The position numbers and the translations under genes are program-made. From Pseudomonadota bacterium (GTDB lineage: Bacteria > Desulfobacterota > Binatia > UBA12015), in contig SXLG01000092.1 in NCBI GenBank assembly GCA_005777805.1, positions 3,344-67,343 of the forward strand: DNA of 64,000 nucleotides. The letters run 5' to 3'. Of this stretch, positions 1 to 8,263 are shown piece after piece (the first letter of the stretch is position 1; the number at the start of each line of letters is the position of its first letter). A model generated the notes under the pieces. The model did not search any database. It was not told the DNA's origin and was given only the letters and a program-made list of their open reading frames with translations.

Positions 1-1195
1 AGCCGAGCAACCTGGTCTCGGTCTCTTCGAGCGGTCCGAGATCGCCCGTGTCCCAGGAAACTGTCCCCCAGGTTCCGTAGCTCGTGACCTCCTGGATGCC
101 CGCGAGTTCAGACTCGAAGTTGAAGGGCGCGGAGCGCTTCTTGTCCTTGCAATAATCGTAATAGCTCGGCGTCACCGAGCCGGGAACGTTGATGTAGATC
201 GACTCCTGCACGAAGTGGCACTCGCCGCCACGGCCGTGCGAGCGCTGCGCTGACCAGCTCCCCATCAGATCAGCGGTCACGGTGTCGAGCGGCTCGAAAC
301 GCACGCTGCCGAGAAAGCTCTGGTTCTGCTGATCGTTCCAGGTTTCGTTGCGGAACGTGTTGGAGGTATAGCCCTCGGTGTTCTCCGAGCCGAAGGCAAG
401 ACGGGTGGCGAGCTTGTCCTCGAGCCAGCCCGCGTCAATCGGGATGTTCAGCATGGCCCGCGTCTCGGCGGTGTTGTAGTTGCCGAAGCGGATCTGGGCC
501 TCCCCGCTGAGGTCGTAATCGGGCTTCTGGGTGATGACGTTGATGGCGCCACCGACCGTGTTCTTGCCGAAGAGGGTTCCCTGCGGGCCGCGCAGCACTT
601 CCATCGAGGCGATGTCGACCAGGTCGAGCACCGATCCCTGGGCACGCGAGAGATAGACCCCGTCGACGTAGAGCCCGACACCCTGGTCGAGGTAGACGTC
701 GGGCCGGGCACCGATCCCGCGGATCAGGATCGACGCGTCGCGCCCGGTACGGTCGTCCTGGATGGTCAAGTTCGGGACGAAGCCCTCAAGCTGATCGAGC
801 TTCTCGATCTGCTTCTCTTGCAGGGCACTCTGGTCGAATGCGGTGACCGAGATCGGAGTGTCCTCGAGCAACTCGGCGCGCTTGCGAGCCTGCACGACGA
901 TCTCCTCGACGCGCCCGGCGGCAGCCGGCGAGAGACCCGCCTTGGCCGCACCTTCCTTGTCGACCGCCTCGACCTGCGCCTCGGCGGAATCAACCTCGGC
1001 ATCGAGGCCGCCGACCGGCGGCGACTCGTCTTCGACACGCTGCAACTCGGAGGCCGCGCCTTCGGTCGGGGTTGCCACCTGGGCCGAAGCCATTGGAGCA
1101 AGGCCGGCGATCAGCACGAAAGCCAGGAGCAGGTCGGCGCGCGGGGCGGGGACGCGCCCGCGGTGCGCAGGGAATGGGTACAGGGATGACTTCAT
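1..1195 (-). CDS. TonB-dependent outer-membrane receptor, N-terminal ~398 aa (3' end runs off the window)
   Basis: Absent from the ORF track because it has no stop inside the window. My own minus-strand translation from the ATG at 1195 gives MKSSLYPF...LLLAFVLIAGLAPMASA (signal peptide). Plug-domain text follows: EEIVVQARKRAELLEDTPISVTAF...LEGFVPNLTI...GVGLYVDGVYLSRAQGSVLDLVDIASMEVLRGPQGTLFGKNTVGGAINVITQKP. Barrel-like strands then continue to position 1. Confidence 0.9.
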   Translation of the reverse strand, partial: MKSSLYPFPAHRGRVPAPRADLLLAFVLIAGLAPMASAQVATPTEGAASELQRVEDESPPVGGLDAEVDSAEAQVEAVDKEGAAKAGLSPAAAGRVEEIVVQARKRAELLEDTPISVTAFDQSALQEKQIEKLDQLEGFVPNLTIQDDRTGRDASILIRGIGARPDVYLDQGVGLYVDGVYLSRAQGSVLDLVDIASMEVLRGPQGTLFGKNTVGGAINVITQKPDYDLSGEAQIRFGNYNTAETRAMLNIPIDAGWLEDKLATRLAFGSENTEGYTSNTFRNETWNDQQNQSFLGSVRFEPLDTVTADLMGSWSAQRSHGRGGECHFVQESIYINVPGSVTPSYYDYCKDKKRSAPFNFESELAGIQEVTSYGTWGTVSWDTGDLGPLEETETRLLG

Positions 1196-1451
1196 CTACC
1201 TCTCCACCTCTGGCGGCAGCTTCCAAACCGGCAGGAAACGCCGGGCCCCGCGCGTGCCGCTGCGGGCGGGGGCCTGCTTCTCTCAAACCCCAGCGCGAAT
1301 GCCAAGCCTCCGGCCGCCACCGCCGCAGCTTTGGTCCCACACTGTCCGCCGGCAACGCCCCAGTCTCGCGCCCGGACCCGCGCGCGCTGAGCTGGCCTCC
1401 GGCCGAGCCCGCGCTGGCGCGCTGCCGCGGGCTCGGGTAGCGCCGCCGTCG

Positions 1452-1832
1452 ATGTCAGAGGACGCGCCGATCAGCGGGGCCCAGGGCCTGCCGGTTCTCG
1501 ATTCGGCCCAGCTCCCAGAGGGCTCCACACGCAAGTTTCCCCTCATCTGGGGGGAGCGCATGGTCGAGTGCTTCGCCTACCGGCACAACGGCCGCGTGCA
1601 CGCGTGGGTGAACGAGTGCCGCCACATCGCGATGTCGCTCGACTGGATCGAACACCAGTTCTTCACCGAGGACGGCGACTTCCTGCTCTGCCCGACCCAT
1701 GGCGCGCTCTACGACCCGAGCACCGGCGAGTGCGTCGCCGGCCCGCCCTGCGGCCGTCACCTGCACCGCGTGCCGATCGAGGAATCAGGCGGCCGCATCC
1801 GCGTCACGGGCGCGCCGATCCAGCGCGACTGA
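1452..1832 (+). CDS. Small Rieske-type [2Fe-2S] domain protein (126 aa)
   Basis: This is the 3' part of track ORF 843..1832, starting at the ATG at 1452 (MSEDAP). The Rieske ligand pattern is present: WVNECRHIAMSL...(21 aa)...LLCPTHGALYD (CxH...CxxH). The 5' 600 nt of the track ORF is antisense to the TonB receptor and was trimmed. Confidence 0.8.
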   Translation: MSEDAPISGAQGLPVLDSAQLPEGSTRKFPLIWGERMVECFAYRHNGRVHAWVNECRHIAMSLDWIEHQFFTEDGDFLLCPTHGALYDPSTGECVAGPPCGRHLHRVPIEESGGRIRVTGAPIQRD

Positions 1833-1979
1833 ACGCCGTGACGACCGGTCGTTCAGCCTCGCCGATCGACCGATCAGGCCTGACCGACCTGCCCCAACAA
1901 CCTTCGAGGGTTGCGCTCGTGCGGCCGAACGGAGAAAACGAAAGGGCCCGCCACCGGCTGCAGATTCGGGAGGTTTCTT

Positions 1980-4376
1980 ATGCGTGCGTTCTGGTCCCTC
2001 ACCGCCGCCCTCGGGGCATCGGCTTTGCTCTCGCCCGTAACGGCTTGGGCCCACACCGATAGTCACGCCGTCGCCGGCGACGGACTCCAGATCGATACGC
2101 GCAACGAACCCGCGAAGCACAAGCTCGGCTTCAAGACCTCGGGCCAACCCGAAATCTTCCCGGTGCACGATCCGGCCGCCGAAGGCGCGAGCGTCCTGCT
2201 GCGCTGGGACACGAGCGGTGGCCGCACCGAGCTGATCACGCTCGACCCGGCGCTGTGGTCCGGGCTGGGCAACCCGGTCGGCTCGTCGGGCTGGAAGTAC
2301 AAGGACAAGGACGGCACGCGCGGCGGCATCACCCAGGTGCTGTGGAAGGCGGGGATGCTCAAGATCCAGGGCAAGGGCGCCGGCCTCGACTGGGAGCTGC
2401 CGACGCCGGTCGACTCGGTCTGGGTCGAGTTCCGGGTCGCCGATGAGACCCTCTGCGCTGAGTTCGGCGGTGACATCAAGAAGAACGGTGACGGTGGATC
2501 CTTCCTCGCCAAGGACGCCCCCGCCCCCAACGGGGGTTGCGAGGATCAGGTCTGTGGCAACGGCGTGCTCGAACTCGGCGAGGATTGCGACGACGGCAAC
2601 CTCGACCAGACCGACGCCTGCCTGAACGACTGCAGCGCGAACCCCTGCGCCGGCGAGGAGAGCTACGACGGCACCTTCGCGGCCATCCAAGCGAAGATTT
2701 TCGAGGATGGTGGCTGCACCAACGGCTTCTGCCACGACTCGAGCGGCCCCGCCGGCGGGCTCAACCTGAGTGCGGGCAGCTCGTGGGCGAACCTGGTCAA
2801 CGTCGATGCGGCGATCAGCTCGCTCGATCGCGTCGAACCGGGCGACGAGGCACTCTCCTTCCTCTACGAAAAGATTGCCGGATTGACGCTCTCGACCCCG
2901 GTGTCGGCCGGCTCGCCGATGCCCGCCGGTGGCCTGCCGGCGATCAGCGTCGACCACCTCGCCGCACTCCGGCTCTGGATCCGCGCGGGCGCGCCCGAGA
3001 CCGGTACCGTGCTCGGCACCGAGGAGTTGCTCGGCACCTGCCTGCCGGCGCCCCAACCGAACAAGATGCAGCCGCTCGCCCCTCCCGCCGCAGGGGAAGG
3101 CGTGCAGTGGTACGCGCCCCCGTGGGATTTGCCCGCCAACAGCGAGGACGAAATCTGCTACGCGACGTACTACGATTTCTCCGCCCCCGGCGTGGTCCCG
3201 GCATCGGCTCAGGTGCCGTGCCCCAACGCCATGGGCGGACCGCTCAAGACCTGCGTCAAGTGGGACCAGAGTGTGCTCGCGCAGGATCCCCAGTCCCACC
3301 ACAGCCTGATCAACGCCTACGTCGGGGCTTATGACTGGACGAACTCGGGCTGGGGCGGCTGGACCTGCAAGGGCGGCGACCACGCTGGAGAGAGCTGCGA
3401 CCCGACGCGGCCCAATGTGGCGCTCGGCGCGGGCGGCGGCAACTGCGGCGCACGCGCCGGCTGTACCAGCGCGGTCGAGACGGCGGTCGCCTGCCTCGGC
3501 TTCGGCCCACCCGACATGGGCTTCAATCCGACTGGCGGCGGCACTGCGACCAGCCCGCGCGTCGGCGGCTCGCAGGAAGCCCTCTCGAGCTTCAACTACC
3601 CCGATCCGGTGGCCGGCATCATCCCGATCAAGGGTTATGTGGTGTGGAACTCCCACGCCTTCAACCTGACCGACTACGACACGACGATCGAACAGTGGCA
3701 GAACTACTCCTTTGCGGGCGCCACCGACGACAATCTCGTGAGCACGATCTTCGATGCCGACCACATCTTCATCCAGAGCGTGCCGCCCTTCGAGAAGCGC
3801 ACGTACTGCGGCACCTACACGATTCCACAATTCGCGCGGCTGTTCGAGATCTCCTCGCACGTCCACCGTTTCGGCGAACTCTTCCGGATCTGGCTGCCGC
3901 CCAATGAGAATTGCACGCCGGGCAGCACCTGCGTGGCGCGCAGCGATGCGCCGGCGTACGTGAGCACCGAGTATAACGATCCTGTGCAGCTCTACTTCGA
4001 TCCGCCAGTCGCCTTCGACACCTCCGGCAGCAAGAGCCGTCGTTTCCTCTACTGCTCGACCTACGACAACGGCGCCGATGATCCGGCCGAGGTCAAGCGC
4101 TATTCAACCTCGCCGTCGCCGCCGCCGCTGGCGCCGGGCGGCCCGTGCTCCTTGGGTTCGACCCGCTGCCTGGCCGGCCCGCAGAAGGGTCAGGTCTGCG
4201 CCGGCAACCACGCCTTCTGCGACTCGGCACCGGAGGCGGGTGACGGCGTCTGCGACGCTTGCACGGTGACCGGCGGCGTCACGACCGAGGATGAGATGTT
4301 CATCCTGCTCGGCTCCTACTACGTGCCCTCGGCGTCGCGGGCTTTCCTCGACACGCCGGGCAGCCTGGTCGACTGA
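1980..4376 (+). CDS. Secreted multidomain protein: N-terminal beta module, Myxococcus-type Cys-rich repeat, cytochrome-c-like (PSCyt1-like) module with CX4CH, and a C-terminal PHM/DBH-like copper monooxygenase-like region
   Basis: GGGAGG RBS lies about 8 nt upstream of the ATG at 1980. Signal peptide: MRAFWSLTAALGASALLSPVTAWA. Cys-rich repeat: CGNGVLELGEDCDDGNLDQTDACLNDC. Cytochrome-c-like module: IFEDGGCTNGFCHDSSGPAGGLNL...MPAGGLPAISVDHLAALRLWIRAGAP. His/Met ligand series, in order: SHHSLI (codons 3298-3303), WNSHAFN (3654-3656), SSHVHRFG (3858-3866), TEDEMFILLGSYY (Met 4296-4298). Confidence 0.8.
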   Translation: MRAFWSLTAALGASALLSPVTAWAHTDSHAVAGDGLQIDTRNEPAKHKLGFKTSGQPEIFPVHDPAAEGASVLLRWDTSGGRTELITLDPALWSGLGNPVGSSGWKYKDKDGTRGGITQVLWKAGMLKIQGKGAGLDWELPTPVDSVWVEFRVADETLCAEFGGDIKKNGDGGSFLAKDAPAPNGGCEDQVCGNGVLELGEDCDDGNLDQTDACLNDCSANPCAGEESYDGTFAAIQAKIFEDGGCTNGFCHDSSGPAGGLNLSAGSSWANLVNVDAAISSLDRVEPGDEALSFLYEKIAGLTLSTPVSAGSPMPAGGLPAISVDHLAALRLWIRAGAPETGTVLGTEELLGTCLPAPQPNKMQPLAPPAAGEGVQWYAPPWDLPANSEDEICYATYYDFSAPGVVPASAQVPCPNAMGGPLKTCVKWDQSVLAQDPQSHHSLINAYVGAYDWTNSGWGGWTCKGGDHAGESCDPTRPNVALGAGGGNCGARAGCTSAVETAVACLGFGPPDMGFNPTGGGTATSPRVGGSQEALSSFNYPDPVAGIIPIKGYVVWNSHAFNLTDYDTTIEQWQNYSFAGATDDNLVSTIFDADHIFIQSVPPFEKRTYCGTYTIPQFARLFEISSHVHRFGELFRIWLPPNENCTPGSTCVARSDAPAYVSTEYNDPVQLYFDPPVAFDTSGSKSRRFLYCSTYDNGADDPAEVKRYSTSPSPPPLAPGGPCSLGSTRCLAGPQKGQVCAGNHAFCDSAPEAGDGVCDACTVTGGVTTEDEMFILLGSYYVPSASRAFLDTPGSLVD

Positions 4377-4480
4377 AGCCTTCCACTCGAGACGCGGGGC
4401 GCCTGGCCAAAGCTGGGTGCCCCCGGAGGGGCGATGGTGCGGCGCGGGCCGGACGGCCGGGCCCCAAGGCCCGCCGCAGA

Positions 4481-4741
4481 TCAGTCGCCTTCTTCGCCGA
4501 AATGGGCGCGGATGATGCGCTGCTTCAGGTAGTCCAAGGTGCCGAGATCCTCGACGATGTCGCCACCGGTGTCGTAGAAAAAGATCTCGCCGTTCTTGTT
4601 GCGGCCGACCGCCACCAGCCACTCGAGATCGTCACGGTCCTCGAGCAGGTAGTTGATCGTCTGGGAGACTCCCCGCCCAGGAATGATCGTGATCTTGGGC
4701 GGACCGCTCGGCTTCTCCTGTTTCGACATCCGGTTGTCCAC
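4481..4741 (-). CDS. Small hypothetical protein (82-86 aa; start at 4741 or at ATG 4729)
   Basis: Track ORF with protein-like, non-repetitive text (KITIIPGRGVSQTINYLLEDRDDLEWLVAVGRNKNGEIFFYDTGGDIVEDLGTLDYLKQRIIRAHF) and GC-rich third codon positions. No family recognised. Confidence 0.6.
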   Translation of the reverse strand: MDNRMSKQEKPSGPPKITIIPGRGVSQTINYLLEDRDDLEWLVAVGRNKNGEIFFYDTGGDIVEDLGTLDYLKQRIIRAHFGEEGD

Positions 4742-4904
4742 GATAAGGCCCGGGCCCCCTCTGAGTCAACGGCGGCCAGCCCATGGTCTGGCCGCCCGCG
4801 GCCGACCGGTCACCGGGTACCGCAGGAGCCCCTTGGGGAAGACGGGCGCGGGAACTCGCCGGATCGCCGCCGCACGGGGACGGGAATCTTCGCGATTCTA
4901 GTGA

Positions 4905-4945
4905 GTGTTCATCGGAAGTGAACAATGTTCACTCGGAATGAACAC
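4905..4945. promoter_or_regulatory. Tandem pair of TGTTCA-N7-TGAACA inverted repeats whose junction forms a perfect 15-bp palindrome, GTGAACAATGTTCAC; candidate operator
   Basis: Read directly: G TGTTCA tcggaag TGAACA a TGTTCA ctcggaa TGAACA C. It sits in a locally AT-richer intergenic stretch, about 165 nt upstream of the minus-strand small gene (start 4741) and about 290 nt upstream of the plus-strand gene at 5235. Confidence 0.4.
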
Positions 4946-5234
4946 TTCCTGGGGGAAGACAGGGAGGCAACAGGAGGTTGCGGCCCCACCGGGCGAACCG
5001 GAGCAGGCCTCGGCCTTGTCACCCCTCGGGAGGCTCAGATGGGGACGACTTCCAAAGACCACAGGTTCAGAGCCGAGCACCGCCCCCATTGCGCTTGCCT
5101 GGCGCCCCGGCGAACCCTCCCCTGGGCCTTGGCCACGCTTGCCCTAGCCGCAGTGATGAGCCGGCGCCGCTACCACGCCCGCGGTTGCCCACGGGCGGCG
5201 CCCACACCGGCGCCCTGACGACGGCCGTTTTGCG

Positions 5235-7205
5235 ATGATTCGTTCAGCAGAGACCCGTTGGGCCATGTCGATCTCGGCAGCATTGCTCCTGGTGCTGACA
5301 CGATCCGTGACAGCCGGTGCCGTCGATTACTACGTTTCTGCGGCTGGCGATGACGCCGCCGACGGCCTGACCCCGGGCAGCGGCTGGGCCACGCTGCAAT
5401 TCGCCGCCGACACCGTCACGGCAGGCGACACCGTCCACGTCGCCGACGGAAATTACCGCGGTTTCGACATCCGTACGGTGGCCACCGCCGCCCAACCGAT
5501 CACCTTCATCGCCGAAGGCAGCGCGGTCGCGATTACCTCCGACAACGCCTCGACACCCGATGGCATCAACATCGAGAACGCCGCCTACATCACTATTGAC
5601 GGCTTCATTTCCAGCGGCCGTACGCGGGCCGGCATCCGCGCTGCCGTTTCTGATCACATCACCGTGCGGCGTTGCACCGCCGGCGCCAACGGGCGCTGGG
5701 GCATCTTCACCGGCTTCGTCGACGACGTGCTGATCGAGGACAACGAAACCTATGGCTCGATGGCCGAGCACGGCATCTACACCTCCAATAGCGGCGACCG
5801 TCCCGTGATCCGCCGCAATCACGTGCACGACAACCATCTCGCCGGCATCCACATGAACGGTGACCATTCCCTGGGAGGCGACGGGCTGATCTCCGATGCG
5901 CTGGTCGAAGCCAACGTCATTCACGGCAACGGCGTGGCTGGCGGCTCCGGCATCAACATGGACGGCGTGACGGGCAGCATGGTGCGCAACAACCTGCTGT
6001 ACGACAACCACGCCAGCGGGATCAGCCTCTATCGCATCAACGGCGCCACCGGCTCGACCGACAATCTTATAATAAACAATACCATCATCAATGCACCCGA
6101 CGCGCGCTGGTGCGTCAATATCAACACCGGATCGACCGGCAATCGTCTCTTCAGCAATATCCTGTACAACAGCCACCCCTCGCGAGGTGTCATCACGATC
6201 GACTCGTCGAGCCTGGGCGGCTTCGAATCGGACCACAACTCGTTGATGGATCGCATGAGCGACGACCGCGACTCCACAATCATGCCGCTGGCCGCGTGGC
6301 AGGGCCTCGGCTACGACGCGCACTCGTTCACGGCCACGCCGGCCGACCACTTCGTTGCTCCTGCCAGCGATTTCCACTTGCTCTCGACATCGCCGGCGAT
6401 CGACTCTGGCACGGCCACCGATGCGCCCGGCAACGATGTCGAAGGAGGCGTGCGTCCGGTCGGCGGCGGCTTCGACATCGGTGCCTACGAGGCGCAGCTC
6501 GCGAACTGCGACGACGGCAACATCGACGCGGGCGAAATCTGTGGCGAGCCCGGGCTTTCGATCTGCGCCGATCCGTGCACAGCCTGCCTCGGCTGCATCT
6601 GCGCCGCGGCCGATCCGGTCTGCGGGGATGCTCTGGTATGCGGCGGCGAGCAGTGCGAGAGCGACGGCGACTGCGGCGGCGTACAGGTATGCACCGGTTG
6701 CCAGTGCGTAAACCCACCCCTTTGCAACAGTGGAATCACGCTCACGCGCGCCAAGATGACGATGCGCGCCGACGAGTTCTCGCTCACCTTCGCGGGTGAG
6801 GCTGTGATCCCCAAACCGTGGACGGCGGTGAATCCTGCGGTCAACGGCGTCCACCTCGTCGTCGACGCGGTGAGCGGCGCCGGCGGCATCGACGCGCTGA
6901 TCCCGGGCGGCGCATCATGGAAGAGCAACGCTTCGGGCACGGCCTGGACCTACCTCGATGCCACCGGCGCGGTGGCCGGTATCACCAGGGTCGTCGTCAA
7001 GGACCGTTCCAGCAAGATGGACGGCACTCTGAGCTTCGTCGTCAAGGGAAAGGGCGGTACGGCCGCACTGCCTGCCGCCGACGCGGCGGTGCGCACCTCC
7101 ATCGTGGCCGGCGGTCCCAGCGAGTGCGCGGCGGTGACATGGGGCGTTCCGGGAAACCCGCGGCCCTCGTGCATGGGCAACGCAGCGCTGCTGACCTGTC
7201 GCTAG
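5235..7205 (+). CDS. Secreted right-handed parallel beta-helix repeat protein with a C-terminal Cys-rich segment and beta module
   Basis: Signal-like N-terminus (MSISAALLLVLTRSVTAGA; alternative start 5265). Beta-helix repeat text: NAAYITIDGF, HITVRRC, VLIEDNETYG, PVIRRNHVHDN, ALVEANVIHGNG, SMVRNNLLYDN, NLIINNTIIN. The region ends with ...GGFDIGAYE. This is followed by CDDGNIDAGEICGE and a Cys-rich stretch. TAG stop at 7203-7205. Confidence 0.85.
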   Translation: MIRSAETRWAMSISAALLLVLTRSVTAGAVDYYVSAAGDDAADGLTPGSGWATLQFAADTVTAGDTVHVADGNYRGFDIRTVATAAQPITFIAEGSAVAITSDNASTPDGINIENAAYITIDGFISSGRTRAGIRAAVSDHITVRRCTAGANGRWGIFTGFVDDVLIEDNETYGSMAEHGIYTSNSGDRPVIRRNHVHDNHLAGIHMNGDHSLGGDGLISDALVEANVIHGNGVAGGSGINMDGVTGSMVRNNLLYDNHASGISLYRINGATGSTDNLIINNTIINAPDARWCVNINTGSTGNRLFSNILYNSHPSRGVITIDSSSLGGFESDHNSLMDRMSDDRDSTIMPLAAWQGLGYDAHSFTATPADHFVAPASDFHLLSTSPAIDSGTATDAPGNDVEGGVRPVGGGFDIGAYEAQLANCDDGNIDAGEICGEPGLSICADPCTACLGCICAAADPVCGDALVCGGEQCESDGDCGGVQVCTGCQCVNPPLCNSGITLTRAKMTMRADEFSLTFAGEAVIPKPWTAVNPAVNGVHLVVDAVSGAGGIDALIPGGASWKSNASGTAWTYLDATGAVAGITRVVVKDRSSKMDGTLSFVVKGKGGTAALPAADAAVRTSIVAGGPSECAAVTWGVPGNPRPSCMGNAALLTCR

Positions 7206-7424
7206 CTTGACGTTCCCCAGGATGGGATCACCGCGATCCAGCTCAAACCCGACCGCGGTGGCACGGCCAATCTCCAGATGCAGGGCAAGGGCGCCCTGCT
7301 CGATACGCCGACACGGGTCCATCTCCAGGTGGTCGACGGCGTTTGGTTCGAGTCCACCTTCGCGGCCACGGACAAACTGCTCAATACGGCCCGCACCTTC
7401 TCCGAACGCGGCGACCGATCTCCA
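7206..7424 (+). other. In-frame, protein-like continuation directly after the TAG stop of the beta-helix gene (second copy of its C-terminal module; probable truncated or ancestral 3' end)
   Basis: Same reading frame as 5235..7205. Translation: LDVPQDGITAIQLKPDRGGTANLQMQGKGALLDTPTRVHLQVVDGVWFESTFAATDKLLNTARTFSERGD. It parallels GITRVVVKDRSSKMDGTLSFVVKGKGGTAALPAAD...ECAAVTW just before the stop, and GITQVLWKAGMLKIQGKGAGLDWELPTPVDSVWVEFRVADETLCAEFGG in the gene at 1980. Confidence 0.35.
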
Positions 7425-7696
7425 CCGGGACCGAGCGTCTCCCTGAGTGCCCGTGGCCCCGCCGGGCCTCGAGCGGTCGCGCGGCAGCGCTCGGCATCGC
7501 GCGGGCAAGCCGGGCGACCTCTGGTCGGAGAGCGCAGTGCCCGTCTGTCGAGACACGCACCTATCCCGCTCGGCAATCGAGATCGAAGTAGATCCGGGAA
7601 TGAAAAGTTCTCTGAGGTGATCGTGTGTGGCACGATGGCGCTCATTCGAGCGCTAGGGGACATCGGCGGCAGGCCTGTGCTAGCGGAGGCGCTCGC

Positions 7697-8263
7697 ATGA
7701 GCGGGCATCTGTCGCCACGACGACCGTCCGGTGTACGCCGTGCACGGCGCACCGACATCGCGGCCCTGCTGCCGGTGGTGGTGGCCCCGCCCGCGGCGCG
7801 GGTGCGTGCGCTGCGCCGCCTGCTCGCGAGCCTCGCGACCGACGTCTACGTGCAGCTCGCCGACGACGGCTCCGAGACCCTCACCGGCGTGGTGGCGGTC
7901 GGCTACCGGCGCAGCCTGCGCCATGGCGGCCTCGTCGGGACGATCGACACGCTGGCAGCTCTCGCCCCCACAGGCCGCAGGGATGAGGGATCTGCGGATA
8001 CCGCAGACCGAAATCTCCCCGCCCCGGCCGAGCCGCCACAGCTTGCCGACGCGCTGCTGGAGGAGCTGCTGGCCTGCGCCGCATGGCGCGCGGGGCGGCG
8101 CGGTTGCGTTGCCCTGGAGGCCCCCGGCCTCCCCACCCGAGCCGGCGCGGTAGCGCAGCGCGCCGGCTTCACCACCACAGGGGAGCCGCACCTCGTGCTG
8201 CTCCTCGATCGCGCGCAGATCCCGCCCGTGACCAACACGGCGGAGCCGGAGGAGAGACCATGA
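7697..8263 (+). CDS. Probable GNAT-family N-acetyltransferase
   Basis: Starts at the ATG at 7697 inside track ORF 7625..8263. GNAT-like layout: VRRARRTDIAALLPVV at the N-terminus, LLEELLACAAWRAGRRGCVALEA in the core and RAGAVAQRAGFTTTGE near the end. The acetyl-CoA loop motif is not clean. The stop overlaps the next start (ATGA at 8260-8263). Confidence 0.55.
   Translation: MSGHLSPRRPSGVRRARRTDIAALLPVVVAPPAARVRALRRLLASLATDVYVQLADDGSETLTGVVAVGYRRSLRHGGLVGTIDTLAALAPTGRRDEGSADTADRNLPAPAEPPQLADALLEELLACAAWRAGRRGCVALEAPGLPTRAGAVAQRAGFTTTGEPHLVLLLDRAQIPPVTNTAEPEERP

Noticed and set aside
843-1451. The 5' 200 codons of track ORF 843..1832.
   Set aside because: This part overlaps the TonB-receptor gene on the opposite strand and reads as low-complexity Ala/Arg/Ser/Pro text. 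Only the Rieske domain from the ATG at 1452 is credible.
1196-1451. A possible cobalamin riboswitch in the 5' leader of the TonB-dependent receptor.
   Set aside because: I found only a partial B12-box-like CCTGCCGG. I could not find the GGGAA...GGTG...GCCACTG core elements. A covariance-model scan (Rfam RF00174) would settle it.
4905-4945. Interpreting the GAACA-N-TGTTC palindromes as LexA SOS boxes linked to dnaE2.
   Set aside because: Known GAAC/GTTC-type LexA boxes have a 4-nt (Cheo box) or 7-nt (alpha-proteobacterial direct repeat) spacing, whereas these have GAAC-N3-GTTC. None lies upstream of dnaE2, and no lexA is in the window. I kept them as operators of an unknown regulator.
7203-7205. 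TAG recoding (pyrrolysine or suppressor) to explain the in-frame continuation after the beta-helix gene.
   Set aside because: TAG is used as an ordinary terminator by other confident genes here (13504-13506 and 16218-16220). No pyl genes are present. A truncation or ancestral remnant is the simpler explanation.
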